The translations under genes and the position numbers were made by a program. A stretch of DNA of 64,000 bases. It comes from Eledone cirrhosa. Taxonomy: Eukaryota. This document shows, one piece after another, positions 49,201-62,379 of this stretch. The notes beneath the pieces were generated by a model that did not search any database, was not told the origin of the DNA, and saw nothing but the letters and a program-made list of their open reading frames with translations. How positions within the stretch are numbered: position 1 is the stretch's first letter; each line of letters starts with the position of its first letter. The DNA lies in contig OZ024740.1 of assembly GCA_964016885.1 (NCBI GenBank), positions 45,508,001 to 45,572,000 on the forward strand, in the 5' to 3' direction.

Positions 49201-52200
49201 GGGCTTCCAAACAGTTTCTGTCTACCCAATCTCATTCACAAGGTTTGGGTTGATATCAGCATATTTGGGTGACTACAAAAAACATCAAAACAGTTGAAAA
49301 GATTTAGCCAACTAATCAAGTTAATTACTGATACTTATTTACTACAAAATATGTCAAATATTTTATCCAGTACTGAATTGTTTCACTATGACAGGTTTAC
49401 AGGTGTGACCCTAGGGTGTTTGGGTCACATAATACACAAACTCTATGAAAAAGTCTGTACCCCACAAAGTCAAAAGTTACATTATGTAAGAAGTAGCCTT
49501 CCCAAAATCCGGGGTCACATGAATGAAGCAGCCTTCCCAGAGTCAAGAATCACATTATGTATAAAATAGCTTTCCCAAAATCAGGGGTCATATTATGTAT
49601 GAAGTAACCTTATACATGAGTATATATGGTATTATCCTCAAATCAGGTATCACATTATGTATGAAATAGCCTTATACATGGTCTTATCCCAAATCAGGGG
49701 TCACATTATGCATGAAGTAGCCTTATACATATGTACATACAATATTCCTGAAGATGTATTTTAAGGAGACTGGACATTAACTGATGATGATACATAGAGA
49801 GGTACTGTAGTACAGTATTCATTCATGAAAACATTGGAAATGGAAATAATGTGGGATGATGTAATGGTGATAATGATGAGATGGTGAGGATGATGTGATT
49901 AAGATAATGGGGATGATGTGGTGATAATGAGGGATGGTGTGCTGATTAGCTGATAATGAGGACGATGTGATGATAACAAGGAAAGACAATGTGCTGGTAC
50001 TAACCTGACTAGAAATACGATCATTCAAGCGATGAAGTTCAATTTCATGTTGTTTCCGAAGTAAAGTGAGAAATTTGTGTCGGACATCATCTAAAAGGTT
50101 CAGTTGTTTGACTTTAGCTTCTTTATTCATTGTCTGTAACCTGAGAAATGGTAATGGAATAGTTAAGACATTGTATAGACATTATTGAAGTTATCACAAT
50201 ATGAATATCATCATATTTATTATAGTTTATCTAAACAGTAGAAGGATGATCGGAATAGAGCCATCGATGAATGTTGTGAAGAGAAATGGAATGAGATGAT
50301 TGGGTCATGTGTTGAGGAAGGATGGATGTGACTAGGTGAGAAAAGTGATGGAAATGAATGTGAAAGGAAGTAGAGAAAAGGGAATACCAAGAAGTACATG
50401 ACTAAAGATGATAGAGGATGAAATGAAAGGGGTTGGTGAGAGAGGATACAAAGAACAGATTAAAATAGAGAAGCTTGTGAAGGGATCCACAATGTTAATC
50501 CCTACTTTGGCAGGGAAATAGCCTTAGAACATGTCTAACATCAGAAGATATCAGTCTCTCTGTCAACACCTCAAAGACTGAATACATCTGCTATAATGAG
50601 GACTCAATAAGCACAATCAAACAAAAACCCTAAAATCTGTGGACTCTTTTATATTCTTAAAAACTAACTTCCTATCTACAGAAAAGGATGAAAAAAATTC
50701 ATCTTGCAAAGATTGATGGACAGTTTTTTCGGGCAAAATCAACCAATAGGTGACCCGGAGGTCGACCATGAGCAAGGTGGTTGGATAACATCCATAAACT
50801 CGTTTGGTCATATTTGGAGATCCAGCCAGATCAGTTGGAGACAGTTGCTTCTGATAGGACCTGCTGGAAGGGGTATCTGAGGAATCTGCCTCCACAACCT
50901 TCCCAAGAAGAAGAAAGATATGGGTTGTTCTTGATGGCCTCAGTATCCTCTTGAAGTCATTAATATCAGAAGCTCTTCCATGCCACTGTAGAATCAATAC
51001 TATTGAACAGGTCTACAGGTTGACCACTTACAAAACATCTAGAGAAAAGAGTTGGAGGTGTTTACACCTAAGTGTTATGGATCATTCTGTATATCTCCTG
51101 GAAGTAGCATCTGATGAAACAAAGACTGACATTAGAGGAAAGTGCATGCACTTTGCAGGACATTGCTGGGCAGCTAAGCAAAAAGCTATTAACGATACAC
51201 TCTTATGAACACCAAGACTTGGATATATATAAGTTGATTGTCCAGCAAAAATCTTCATCGGCTCGTTCTATATGGACATAAGATGTTGCCCAGTTGACCA
51301 CCTGAAAGCTGTATGGGATTGAGATGGCTGGTGTGGTCAAGTCGAATAAATTCATTCAAACTTAACCAGATGATGATTAGCTAAATACTCCTGGAACTTT
51401 AATGAGTCTTCTTTAAAACTTTAAACAACTGAATATACACGAATGGAATCTCTTTGATCATGCCTGCTTGACCTAGGGCTAAACAAAATAACAACCTTAA
51501 CTTCTAGCAGTCTAAATATAAAACTTGCTATAAAAACTTACTGTCTTTGCCGTTCTTTTAGTTTATCCTCATCCTCTTTCATCATTTTCCTTCGTTTATC
51601 TTCAGCCTCCAATAACATCTTCTGTTGCCGGAACCAAGCTTCTTCCTCTTGTTGTCGATGTAATGTTGCTTTATGGAGCTCCAGAGACAATTGTCTGAAT
51701 AATAAATTATTTTAAATATCACATTTTATTCAAAAGAGAAGTTGTTTCAAATTTACTTAACTCTGTAAGGTGGTAGTGCTGGTGTCATGATGAAAAGCAG
51801 CTAGTCAGCACTGTAAGGTGGTAGTGCTGGTGCCACAACGAAAAACACTTAGTTTACCCTGTCATATGGTAGTGCTGGAGCCATGATAAAAGGCTCCAAG
51901 TACACGCTGTAAAGAGGGTGACAGTCAGCCATAGAAACCAACCCCAAAATGGAACATACAAATAAGACAGTCACCTGGCCAGGCTAGCCATAGTATGTGA
52001 CAGCCTGTTTAACACATGCAAGTATGGAAAATAGATGTTAGAAGGTGATGATGGTTTCATACTAACTTGCATGAAATTACCCTTGGCTTTATGATACCAC
52101 ACTGTTTGTATTAATGTATTGATATATAAAATAATCCTTTTTTACCATATTTCTAATATGCCTATGATTTTCAAATAATTTTGAGGAATTTAGTAATACA

Positions 52201-55200
52201 GTGAAATTCCGTTATAACGAAAAAATTTGTCGTAACAAAATTCTTTATAATGAGATTGATCAAAACAAATCAAGATTTTGTTTGTTTTTACCTCGGGGAT
52301 TGAAAAAAAATTATACTGAAAAATTTGTTGTAACGGTATTCGTTATAATGGAATTTTACTTGTACAACTAACTTTCTCATTATTAGGTGGTGTTTGGAGT
52401 ATATCTTAACAAAGATTCTTACATAAGATTATGATGAAAAGTTGTTTTGATAAATATAAACATTTTAAAATAAAAAGCTTTGTATCATAGAACCATGGTC
52501 AATTTCAGACAGTTTGGTATTAAAAAGCTTATATAATAATTTTATGAGAAGCCCTTTTCTTAAATTATGTTCCAAACATTAGCTTAACGATGAGAAAGTT
52601 AAGCTATAATATTAAATTCCTCCAAATTCTTCATTTTTTTTCAAAATAAATTGAAATATGGCAACATTAGGGTTAAGCATGATTTGTTCCAGCAGAAATA
52701 TTATATAACAATGTGTTTACTGTGTGTACTCTGGTTTTCAGAATAGGTACACCATATCCCTATGTTTTGTAAGAGGTGACTAAAAGGGTTAATGTCAGAA
52801 AAGGCATCTGACTAAAACATGGAAAAATGAATGTAAAAATGATGACAATGATGACAATGATGATGATTTATGGCTGTGTATTACAGAACAAAGGGCATTT
52901 TCAGGCAGTTAGTTAGATCATCATCATCATTTCATTTTACATCCACTTTTCCCTGCTTGCAAGGGTGAGACGGGAACTGATTCTGGCTAGATTTCTACAG
53001 CTGGATGCCCTTCCTAACACCAACCTCATTTACAGTGAGTGCTGGGTGCTTTTTTGCCGTGGCACCTCCACGACCACTTTGTAGTGGAATGATAGAGACC
53101 CCACTCCCTATCATCTCATTTCTACAGCTGAGTAAACTGGAGCAATGTGAAATAAAGTGTCTTGCTCAAGGAAACAACACATCACCTGGTCTGAGAATTG
53201 AACTCACAACCTTTCGATTGCAAGGCCAATGCTCTAACCACTAAGCCATGTGCCTCCATGATGAGGGTGTAATTATTACCTCAATAGTCACAGTATACAG
53301 ATTGAGACAATGCTACATTAAATGTTATAATTAATGAGTTATGTGATACATCTATCATTGTCCTTGAGACAGGGGGAAAGATGAGAAGAGGAAGAGATGA
53401 TGATTATTATAAAGAATTCACGAAATAGCACTAACACTACACACCACACCATAAGACCACAAACAGATACACATACACAGAGTTTTACTCTAGAAATAAT
53501 AGATTTAGTTAAACATTTCTAACCTTTGCCGTAAATATTCCAGTTCTTGTTGCTGTATCTTTTCACGTTCTTTTTTCTGGAAGAAAATAAATAAAACCAC
53601 AAAACCAAACCATTAACTTTATTGGGCATTATTTGAAGAAAATGAAAATATCTAGTTTAATTCATTGGGTTCATTATGAATGACCATGTCAAGGGTAGAG
53701 TGAGGGTGCATTAGTCAATTATTTTACTAAAACTCCTACAAATTCTTGATTATTTCAAAAATTAACTAAAAGCATGTATAGAGTATTTTATTAAAAATAT
53801 GGTAAAAAAAAAAGGTCTAATGCCTGACTTCAATATAGTTTTAGCAGAGAAGTTTAAAAAAAACAAACCTTTAACCCTTTTCATTATCATATTTCTCACA
53901 AAAGACATTGAATGTGTTTCAGTTTGTGTTAAAAATAATCAAGAATTTGAAGGGTTTTACTAAAATAACTTTCATTAAGTTGATGTTCAGAACAATAAAA
54001 AAAAGTTCCCATATAAAAAATTATGATGGAAGGTTTTAATTTAGATATGAACACATTCATATGGGTTGGTATCAAAAGTTTTAACACTATTATCAAATGA
54101 GTCAAATTGACTCCTTTGATACTAACTAACCTGATACTATAAGGCGGTTATTAGAACATCAAATAGAATACTTTGTGTTTTAATTCTCAAAATATTCAAG
54201 AATTATGAGAGGTTTAGTAAAATAACTAACTTTTAACATAATAATAAAAGACAAATATTTAACTATTGAAATGTCATGTAATACTGATTACTAATTTAGG
54301 CACAACACCAGTAATTTAAAGCAAGGGAAAGTTGGTTATGTCGAGCCTTGTACTTTACTGGTATTTTATTTTATCGACCCCAGTATTTTATTGGTATTTT
54401 TATTTTATTGACCGCATTATTTTACTGGTACTTTATTTTATCATATCCCCAGTATTTTACCGGTATGGTATTTTATCAACCTCAGTACTTTACTGGTACT
54501 TAATTTTATTGAACTCAGTATTTTACTGGACCTTTTTTATCAACCCGAGAAGGATAAAAGGCAAAGTTGAACTCGGCAGGATTTGAGCTATATCTATCAT
54601 GTAATAAAGTTTGAATATAAATTCGAACAGTTTAATAGAGGCTGTTTTGGATGGGTTAGGGTTGAAGGGTTAAACCTCCCATTATAATTTTATACAGGTA
54701 TTTTCTGTTAAGTTATGTTTCAAAAGCCAGCTTGATATACTGATAAACAAAACAATTATTTCACTACATCTCTCCAAGTTCTTGATATAATTCAATAATG
54801 CCAATGTATGTTATTAGAAATATGGCCATAAAAAGGTTAATACATCATTATTCAATATGTAAGTAAATTAAATTTAATAATGAATGATTGAATTAATATG
54901 CAAATTTACCCTTTCATTACCATATTTCTAATGATAGACATTGCATATGGTTTTCAAAGGTTTATGAAAACAATTAAGCATTTGGAAGGATTTTGTAATA
55001 TAACTAACTTTTTCATGATTAAGCTGGTGTAGGGCTGTGGATTGGCAGTGTCAGTAGAGCATTGGACAATACGCTATGCAGTATATAGTTTATAGTTACA
55101 TCCCTTTACGTTCTGAGTTCAAATCCCACTGAGGTTAGCTTTACCTTTTATCCTTACAGGGTTGATTAAATAAAGTACCAGTAATGTACTGGGGTTGATT

Positions 55201-58200
55201 TAATTTACTTTTCCTTTCCCCAGAATTGTTGGCCTCATTGTGGCTAAATCAGAAACCATTATTAAGCTGATGTTTGGAACATAACAAAGATTCTTACATA
55301 AATATATGACAATGTTTTTTAGATAAATACAAACATTTAAGAACAAACAGCTTTGTATTGGTTGCGGTTGTTTTGGTATCAAAAGTATTAAGAGGAAGGT
55401 TTTACTAACTCTAATTATTTCCTTTAATCACTCACCTGATAATCAACTATGAACTTGGGATACTTATTAAACACAGGATATTGACCTTTAGTCAAAGGAA
55501 TAAAGTGATTCAGTAACTTTAATGGATTCACTTCATCAGGTGTTGATGATATTAAATGATATGTTTCTTTAATTACATTTCCAATGTTGACAGCATTTTG
55601 TTGGCTGAAGAAGAACTGAAATAGAGTTTCATAAAAAAATATATCAAACAGGATATATAATAACAACATCATAACAATACTATAACAACAATAACAACAC
55701 AATAATAAAATTATAACAGCAACACTACAATAATAACACCATAACAACAACAACACTATAACAACGGGTATTTTATGGCAATCTTCCCTGCTAAAGCATG
55801 CAATCCATGTTTATAATAGGTTCACCGTATCTGTGTGTCGTAAGAGGTGACTAAAAATGTTGGTGCCAGGAAGGGCATCTAATCATAAAATATTTATTGC
55901 ATAATAATGGATCTTATGATGAGTATAACATATCAAAGTATGAGTATAACATATCAAACCTGCATATTGCTTCATTATACAATTGGGTATCACTTCATTA
56001 TACAAATAGATATCACTTCATCATGCAGATACTACTTCATCATACAGATATCACTTTATCATACAAATGGAATGAAATGGACCTCTGTTAGAAATGTTCC
56101 AGTTGTTCAATCAACAGAACAGCCTACTTGTGAAATGAAAATGCTGGTGGCTGAGCATTCCACAGATATGTGTAATCCATTTGACAGGCTTCCAAACAGT
56201 TTCTGTCTACCTATGGCAAATAACACTTATTCAAGATGTCACATAGTGGGATTGAACCTGGGATCTTATGATTGCAAAGTGAACTACTTAACCACTCAGC
56301 CATGCTGCATCCACAGTTCATTATATACATGTGTACACACAGAGTTCATCACACACACACATGCATGCAGTACATCATATACACACACACTCAGTTCATC
56401 ATACACACACACACAGTTCATCACACACACACATGCACAGTTTATCATACACACACACATAATTCATCACACACACTTATGCACAGTTCATCATACACAA
56501 ACACACTCACAGAGTTCATCATATACTCATGTGCACAGTTCATCATACACACACGCTCATAGTTCATCGTACACACACGCACATAGTTCATCATACGCAC
56601 ACAGTTCATCATGCATACACACAATTCATCACACACAGACTATCATTCATTTAATACCCAAATTGTGGTTGCATCTATACTGTAGATAAATGAAATATTT
56701 ACCTTGAAGTCATCAAGTTCTGTACACTTCAATAAAGCTGCTCGGGCACCGATCACATAAGCTACAACGACCATCAACAGAAATGCTGGATGGTTGCTCA
56801 ACACATGGTCCAGAAGACGTAACCATTCATTCTTGGTTAAAACTTCAGTAAACAAACTCTCTAACAGTGGCCAGGCATAAATCTATGGAAGTAAGAATAT
56901 AAAGTTTAGAGAAGGGGAGAGGTAGAAAATAGGTAATGCTCCAGCATGGTCTTGGCTGTGATGACTAAAACTAAGTAAAAGATGAGAGGTGGGGTTGGAG
57001 GAAATGTGATGCTCTAGCATGGTCTTAGGAGTGATGTCTAAAACAAAGTAAAAGAAAGCTGGGGGAGAAAGAAGGTGGTGCTCCAGCATGATGGCTAAAA
57101 CAAAGTAAAGGAAGGCTGAGAGGTGGGGTGGATAGAAAATCAGGTGATGCTCCAGAATGGCATTGATTATGATGTCTAAAACCAAGTAAAGGAGGGTGGG
57201 GCAGAAAACAGATGATGGTCTTGGCTGTGATTGCTAAAACAAAGTAAAGGAAGTCTGGGAGCGGAAAACAAATGATGCTCCAGCATGGTCTTGGCAGTAA
57301 TTGCTAAAACAAAATATGGAAATCTGGCAAATCAGGGTGGGGGTTATATATCTAGATTTGTGTCTCTCATCCAATATGTCTTTTTTAACCCTTTACCATT
57401 TACATTACTCTATATTTACTATTATATTTTCGCAGTAAAGGCTTTACCTCACATAAAATCGAATCTATAAGATTTTGTTAATTCATTTTGAGAACAATAC
57501 CTTAACATAAGTATGAGTGGCCAGTTATGGTTGGTTTGAACAGAAAGAGGTGAGAGAATTCTGCCTGGTTATGGCTGGTTTAAATCTCCATCTGTTATGA
57601 TTCCACTTCCTGGGTACTCTCATCTCTCACCTGGCCACTCCATCATACACCAACCCTTGCTGGTAGGGAAAACAGACCTTAAACAATGATGATGATACCC
57701 CCCCCCCCCCCCCCCCCATGTCATCAAGGATGCTATTGGATCTATCCAAATCTGTCATCTCTGACAGCAATATCCACTGCAACATACCACCTAAATATTG
57801 AGGGATGTCATTAGACCAGTCAGTATCCCAACCCCACTTTTACCAACTACATCAGTCTTCTTTCTCTCCTAATCATAACTGTATTAAATTTATTTCTACC
57901 TGATACCCTAAGGTCACTTCTTATTGACACCTTTTCTTTCATCTACCAATATCACCCATCTTTTACTCTCTCTCCCTCTCACTCAACAATTACTATCTCT
58001 ATTCCATTACCCCTCCCCAACCACTATCTCTCTTCTATTACTCCCCTACCACCACCCTTCTATTACTCCTCCATCACTATCTCTCTTCTATTACTATTTT
58101 AAGTGTTTATATTTATTTGAAATAAAAAAAATAACCTCCCATCATAACTTTATGTAAAAAAATTTGTTATGCTTCAAACACTGGATAAATAATTAAAAAG

Positions 58201-60102
58201 TTAGTTGTATTACTAAATCTCACTAAATTATTGATTATTTTCAAAATTAATTGAAAATCAAAGACAGTGTTTTACATTAGAAATATGGCAACGAAAGGGT
58301 TAAAGACATAGTCAGTGCCTTTCATTAAAAATATTATAACGAAAGGGTTAATTACATGGGTAATGACTTTCATTAGAAATATGATAACGAAAGGGTTAAG
58401 CATTTAATTTTTCCTCTACAGTTCTCTTCTGTGTCTATGTTTTCCTCCATCTATAGAACAGTCAACATTAAAACTATCCTAATATAGTTATCTCCCCTAC
58501 TACTATGAATAGCTATAAACACTATTAAATATTCTTGCCCAGATGAACAAACAACGTATTAATCCTTTAGGGAAGTCAATGTTGCCCTTCATCTTTTCGA
58601 GGTTGATAAAAAAGTACCAGCTCTATACTGAGGTAGATTCCTCCTCCAAGTCTCTTTCTCACGTTTTCTCTTACTCTTTCTTTGGAAGAAATTGGCTGTG
58701 TTTAGATTTGGGGGCATGCTGTATGTCACTAGTGCCCCTACAATTCAATAAGAAGTTACAGGTCCATACATATATAATTTCTTGAGCCTGGATCATGAGA
58801 TATATCATTATCATCATTATCGTTTAACATCTATTTTTCATGCTTACATAGGTTAGATAGACTGTCATGTTATGAGGCCAGAGAGGTCAGATGACCGTAT
58901 CTTGCTCATACAATCCGTTTTTTACTTGTTTTTTTTTATGGCTGGATGCCCTTCTTAAAATCGTGGGAGTTAAAGTGTGATTGTGTTGTCTTGCAAGAAA
59001 AAAGACCTGACAACTGATCCTTAAATATAGCATGATTTCTTACATTACATATAGGCCAAGACTAAAGTATATAAATAGTATGCACCAACCCACCCACTCC
59101 TATGAGGACAAGTTGAAGCATACATTCAGTGAAGCCTCCAGCCCACACTGTAAAGTGGTCGTGATGGAGACACCACAAAAAAACGCCCAGCCCACACTGT
59201 AAAGTGGTTGTGTAGGTATCACGACAAAAAACACCCAGTACTCACTATAAATGAGGTTGGTGCCAGGAAGGGCATTGAGCTGCAGAAACCAAGCCAAAAT
59301 TGGTTCTGTACGAGCAAGACGTGGTGACCTGACCTGGCATTGCTCACAACAGATTAACTCATCTAACCCATGCCAGTGTGGAAAAATGGACGTTAAATGG
59401 AGATGATGATATATATATAATTATAACGAAGGAAATGTGGTAAGGAACCAGGTGGACCATAACGCACCAAAGTACTCAATACTTAGGGTAGTAGAGTGGG
59501 TAATAGGAACGAGTAGGACCCCGACGGCTGAGCTCAAGCCGTTTCAACGGCTAATTCTGGACAGAATTAGCCGTCGAAACGGCTTGAGCTCAGCCGTCGG
59601 GGTCCTACTCGTTCATTCATTTCATTTTACGTCCGCTTTTCCCTGCTTGCAAGGGTGGGACGGGAACTAATTCTGGCTTGATTTCTACAGCTGGATGCCC
59701 TTCCTAACACCAACCTCATTTACAGTGAGTGCTGGGTGCTTTTTTGCCGTGGCACCTCCACGACCACTTTACAGTGGAATGATAGGGACCCCAGTCCCTA
59801 TCATCTCATTTCTACAGCTGAGTAAACTGGAGCAATGTGAAATAAAGTGTCTTGCTCAAGGAAACAACACATCACTCGGTCTGAGAATTGAACACACAAC
59901 CTTTCGATTGCAAGGCCAATGCTCTAACCACTAAGCCATGTGCCTCCTATATATAATTATATACATACCTGAGATGTAACTTTGTGTTTAATGAGATGTC
60001 TTAGAAGATGTGAGTCATGACGTGATAGAACATTCTCTATCATTCCAAGAATATTTATTGGAGGATTAGGAAAATATTCAAACCAATGAGCACACCAGTT
60101 AG
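43095..60102 (-). CDS. TBC1D31: TBC1 domain family member 31 (WDR67), 3' portion with 11 exons; 5' exons lie beyond the window
   Basis: NWCAHWFEYFPNPPINILGMIENVL, IYAWPLLESLFTEVL, PLTKGQYPVFNKYPKFIVDYQ, then coiled coil ending MNEIRQLRQRLAQ..*. All junctions in phase. Confidence 0.93.
44050..44121 (-). CDS. TBC1D31: TBC1D31 exon (HLQDIDRD...NVPN)
   Basis: 72 nt, phase 1/1, donor GTAAGC. Confidence 0.65.
44852..44960 (-). CDS. TBC1D31: TBC1D31 exon (EIVSEKVRR...ENHA)
   Basis: 109 nt, phase 0/1, donor GTATGT. Confidence 0.7.
45557..45688 (-). CDS. TBC1D31: TBC1D31 exon (EMLREYIQ...KKHQ)
   Basis: 132 nt, phase 0/0. Confidence 0.78.
45796..45937. repeat. Palindrome, about 65-bp arms, each with a hammerhead core
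   Basis: CTGATGA...[G/A]AAACTCCAGA[G/A]TA on both strands. Confidence 0.85.
46161..46269. repeat. Palindrome, about 50-bp arms, with degenerate hammerhead-like cores
   Basis: AGAAAAGGCTTCTACAAGACTAGAACTGTTT...ATCATCAG / TTGATGAT...AAACAGTTCTAGTCCTGTAGAAGCTTTTTCT. Confidence 0.8.
48177..48269 (-). CDS. TBC1D31: TBC1D31 exon (ESQRAREVE...LYEQ)
   Basis: 93 nt, phase 0/0, coiled-coil composition. Confidence 0.82.
50005..50140 (-). CDS. TBC1D31: TBC1D31 exon (LQTMNKEAKVKQLNLLD...ISSQ)
   Basis: 136 nt, phase 2/0. Confidence 0.9.
50220..51380 (+). mobile_element. Degraded LINE fragments (two RTE-like pieces)
   Basis: Remnants such as (W)LGHVLRKDG, FFPRRRKIW-type RT tail and MHFAGHCWAAKQKAIND. 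Confidence 0.6.
51542..51694 (-). CDS. TBC1D31: TBC1D31 exon (QLSLELH...EEEAWFRQQKMLLEAEDKRRK...)
   Basis: 153 nt, phase 2/2. Confidence 0.9.
52199..52362. mobile_element. Pogo/Tigger-like MITE
   Basis: TA|CAGTGAAATTCCGTTATAACGAA ... TTCGTTATAATGGAATTTTACTTG|TA. Confidence 0.75.
52918..53258 (-). mobile_element. Full-length tRNA-derived SINE with RTE-like tail
   Basis: Head GGAGGCACATGGCTTAGTGG...GAGTTCAATTC, core CCTTGAGCAAGACAC, tail shared with the LINE 3' UTR, (GAT)n. Confidence 0.85.
53524..53576 (-). CDS. TBC1D31: TBC1D31 exon (KKEREKIQQQELEYLRQ)
   Basis: 53 nt, phase 0/2. Confidence 0.88.
55436..55615 (-). CDS. TBC1D31: TBC1D31 exon (FFFSQQN...IVDYQ)
   Basis: 180 nt; donor GTGAGT. 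Confidence 0.95.
56310..56650. repeat. CA-rich minisatellite
   Basis: ACAGTTCATCATACACAC-type units. Confidence 0.85.
56703..56882 (-). CDS. TBC1D31: TBC1D31 exon (IYAWPLL...DDFK)
   Basis: 180 nt, phase 0/0. Confidence 0.95.
56930..57320. repeat. Degenerate tandem repeat, about 55-75 bp x6
   Basis: GATGCTCCAGCATGGTCTTGGCTGTGAT..CTAAAACAAAGTAAA recurs. Confidence 0.8.
59507..59614. repeat. Near-perfect 108-bp palindrome with hammerhead 3' halves
   Basis: 53-bp arms, 2-nt loop, one visible mismatch. Confidence 0.9.
59615..59947 (-). mobile_element. Second near-identical copy of the SINE at 52918
   Basis: Spurious ORFs 53005-53244 and 59695-59934 are almost identical. Confidence 0.85.
59969..60102 (-). 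CDS. TBC1D31: TBC1D31 exon (NWCAHWFEYFPNPP...VTSQ)
   Basis: 134 nt; AG/GTATGT; highly conserved Rab-GAP TBC segment. Confidence 0.95.
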
Positions 60103-62379
60103 CTGGAAAAATAAATAAATTAATAAACTTTATTAAAAATTTAGGGTAAACTTAAGGTAGATACTAAATCACATGAAAAGTTGTTTGTTTTAATGAGTTT
60201 ATAATTAAATCAGAACCATACATCATGATTTTATGGAAGAAAAGTTAGTAATGTTTCAAGCAATAGCTTAAAAGGAAAAGTTATTTGTATTAAATTCCTA
60301 GAACAAGCCATTTTGAGGGTATTTCCTTGAAATATTGAATTCCAAAGAGTTACTACATTGATAATAGTATTAGAGAATCAGGTAAAATACCTCCAAGGAC
60401 AGAAAATAAGTGGCCAGCAGACACTACTGAGAATCTAACTCTGTGTCTATTGAATTGTTGCCAAATATGTTAACATTTACACCAAATGGCAGCTGACAAC
60501 AGTTTCTGTACAAATTAGGAACTGTATACAATAGCTTTAGTGATTAGGACCAAACATAAACAAATCTTACAATTTATCAAGGTGTTGTGATGATTTGAAA
60601 TTTGAAAATGTTTATATTTATTTAAAAACCTACCATCACAATTTTATGCAAGAATCTTAAGTTATATTTCAAGCACTAGCTTGATAAGAAAGCTAGTTAT
60701 ATTACAAAATTCTTGATTATTTTCAAAATTATTTGAAACACATAAGTAGTGTCTTTTATTGTAAATATGGCATCAAAAGGGTTAACAGAGAATTCTGGAG
60801 AAAACTGTTAGCTTACTGATGAAAGTGGCAACTATTTCAAAACAACATAAATGGTTTTGGTGAAATACTTTCAAGAATGGAAACACCAAAGCAGGTAAAT
60901 ATTTGGTTTCTGCTAAAATTGGAGACCAATGAGCCAAAGCTGATAAAATCCTACAAAATAAAAAAAATTACTAATAGTTAAACTGTAAAATAATTACCGG
61001 TATTAGACATACAGAACAGTCATCATCATCATCATCCCCACCACTGCCATCACTACAACCACATTATCATCACCACCACCATCATTTTTACAATCATTGC
61101 TCTAAGCTTGTATGGGCTGGACAAGATCCTTTTCTGGCTGGTTTTTCTCCAGCCAGCTGCCCTTCATGACACCACTGAATACTTTGTTCTAACTATGGTA
61201 CATACCACTGATGTCTGTTGAACCACAATGCTGGACAAATGACAGCACAGGCTTTGATATGATGTTTACAGCAGCAGGTATAAACATATGCACATATGTA
61301 AACACTAAAACTATTTTATATGTGCTGTGAGGCTCATCAGAAAGCTCAGACTACTGATGATGGATAGTGAGCTTCAGAGAGGACATGTAAAGACAGATTG
61401 GCCCATCAGTCCAGAGCTTATCCTACTTTCACTGGTGTTAATGTTATTGAGAGTACAAGACAAGACACCAGTTAACTCCAGGCTTAATCTTCAGTTGCTT
61501 CTGGTACTCATCTTTTCCTTACTTATGAAGACTGAAGCAATGCGAAATGAAGTAACTTGCTCAAGAGCATAATGCATTACCTGATATAAGAATTTAACAC
61601 ATGATCTTATAATTGTGAGCTTAACATCCTAACCACTAGGCTATCCTGAGCCTCCACAGATTTTTAAATATAAAAGTGTCCCCAATAAAGGAGTGTGGTG
61701 TGCCTTACCTCTGCAATAATCTAAATAGTCTGTGACTCTTGACTGGATAATGTTCTTGTAATGTGACAAATGATGAGTGGTTGCCCTTGTCAACCAGAGC
61801 TGCATAAGAAGTGTGATTCTCGGGGAGTTGTAATAGGGATCTCCAGATAAAAAACCTATATAAAACAATATGACAAAGGAAGTTATATTAGGGACCTTCA
61901 GATAAAACACCTATAAAAAAAAACAACAATATGATAAAGGGAGTTGCAATAGGGATTATTTTTTTGTATTATGAAATCAGAATTGATTTCATCATGTATC
62001 CCAATTGAAGAATAAATTGAATTTAGAATAACAAATTTCTATACAACATATTTTTCTTTTTTATTCTAATATATGAGGAACAATTTCATTTCCGGGCAAT
62101 GCCTTTGCTAGTAATATGATACCATATTTGTAATCAACTATATAAATTACAACAATAAACACTTAAACCCTTTTGTTACCATGTTTTTAATGAAAGACAC
62201 CGCCCTTGAATTTCAATTCATTTTTTAAAATAAAGAAGAATTTGGATGAATTTAGTGATATAACTTTAGGAGATTAGTATCGGTGTACATATAACATAAA
62301 AAAGACAGTAAATACCGGTGTGTGTGTTATAATAATGTTTTTACTTCATGGAAGTCAAAGGTATTAAATATTAAGGATT

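Noticed and set aside
53185-53258. tRNA gene
   Set aside because: A and B boxes continue into a SINE core and tail; no proper acceptor stem.
55907-56689. 260-aa His/Thr-rich ORF
   Set aside because: Made of SINE pieces and CA-rich repeats, antisense within a TBC1D31 intron.
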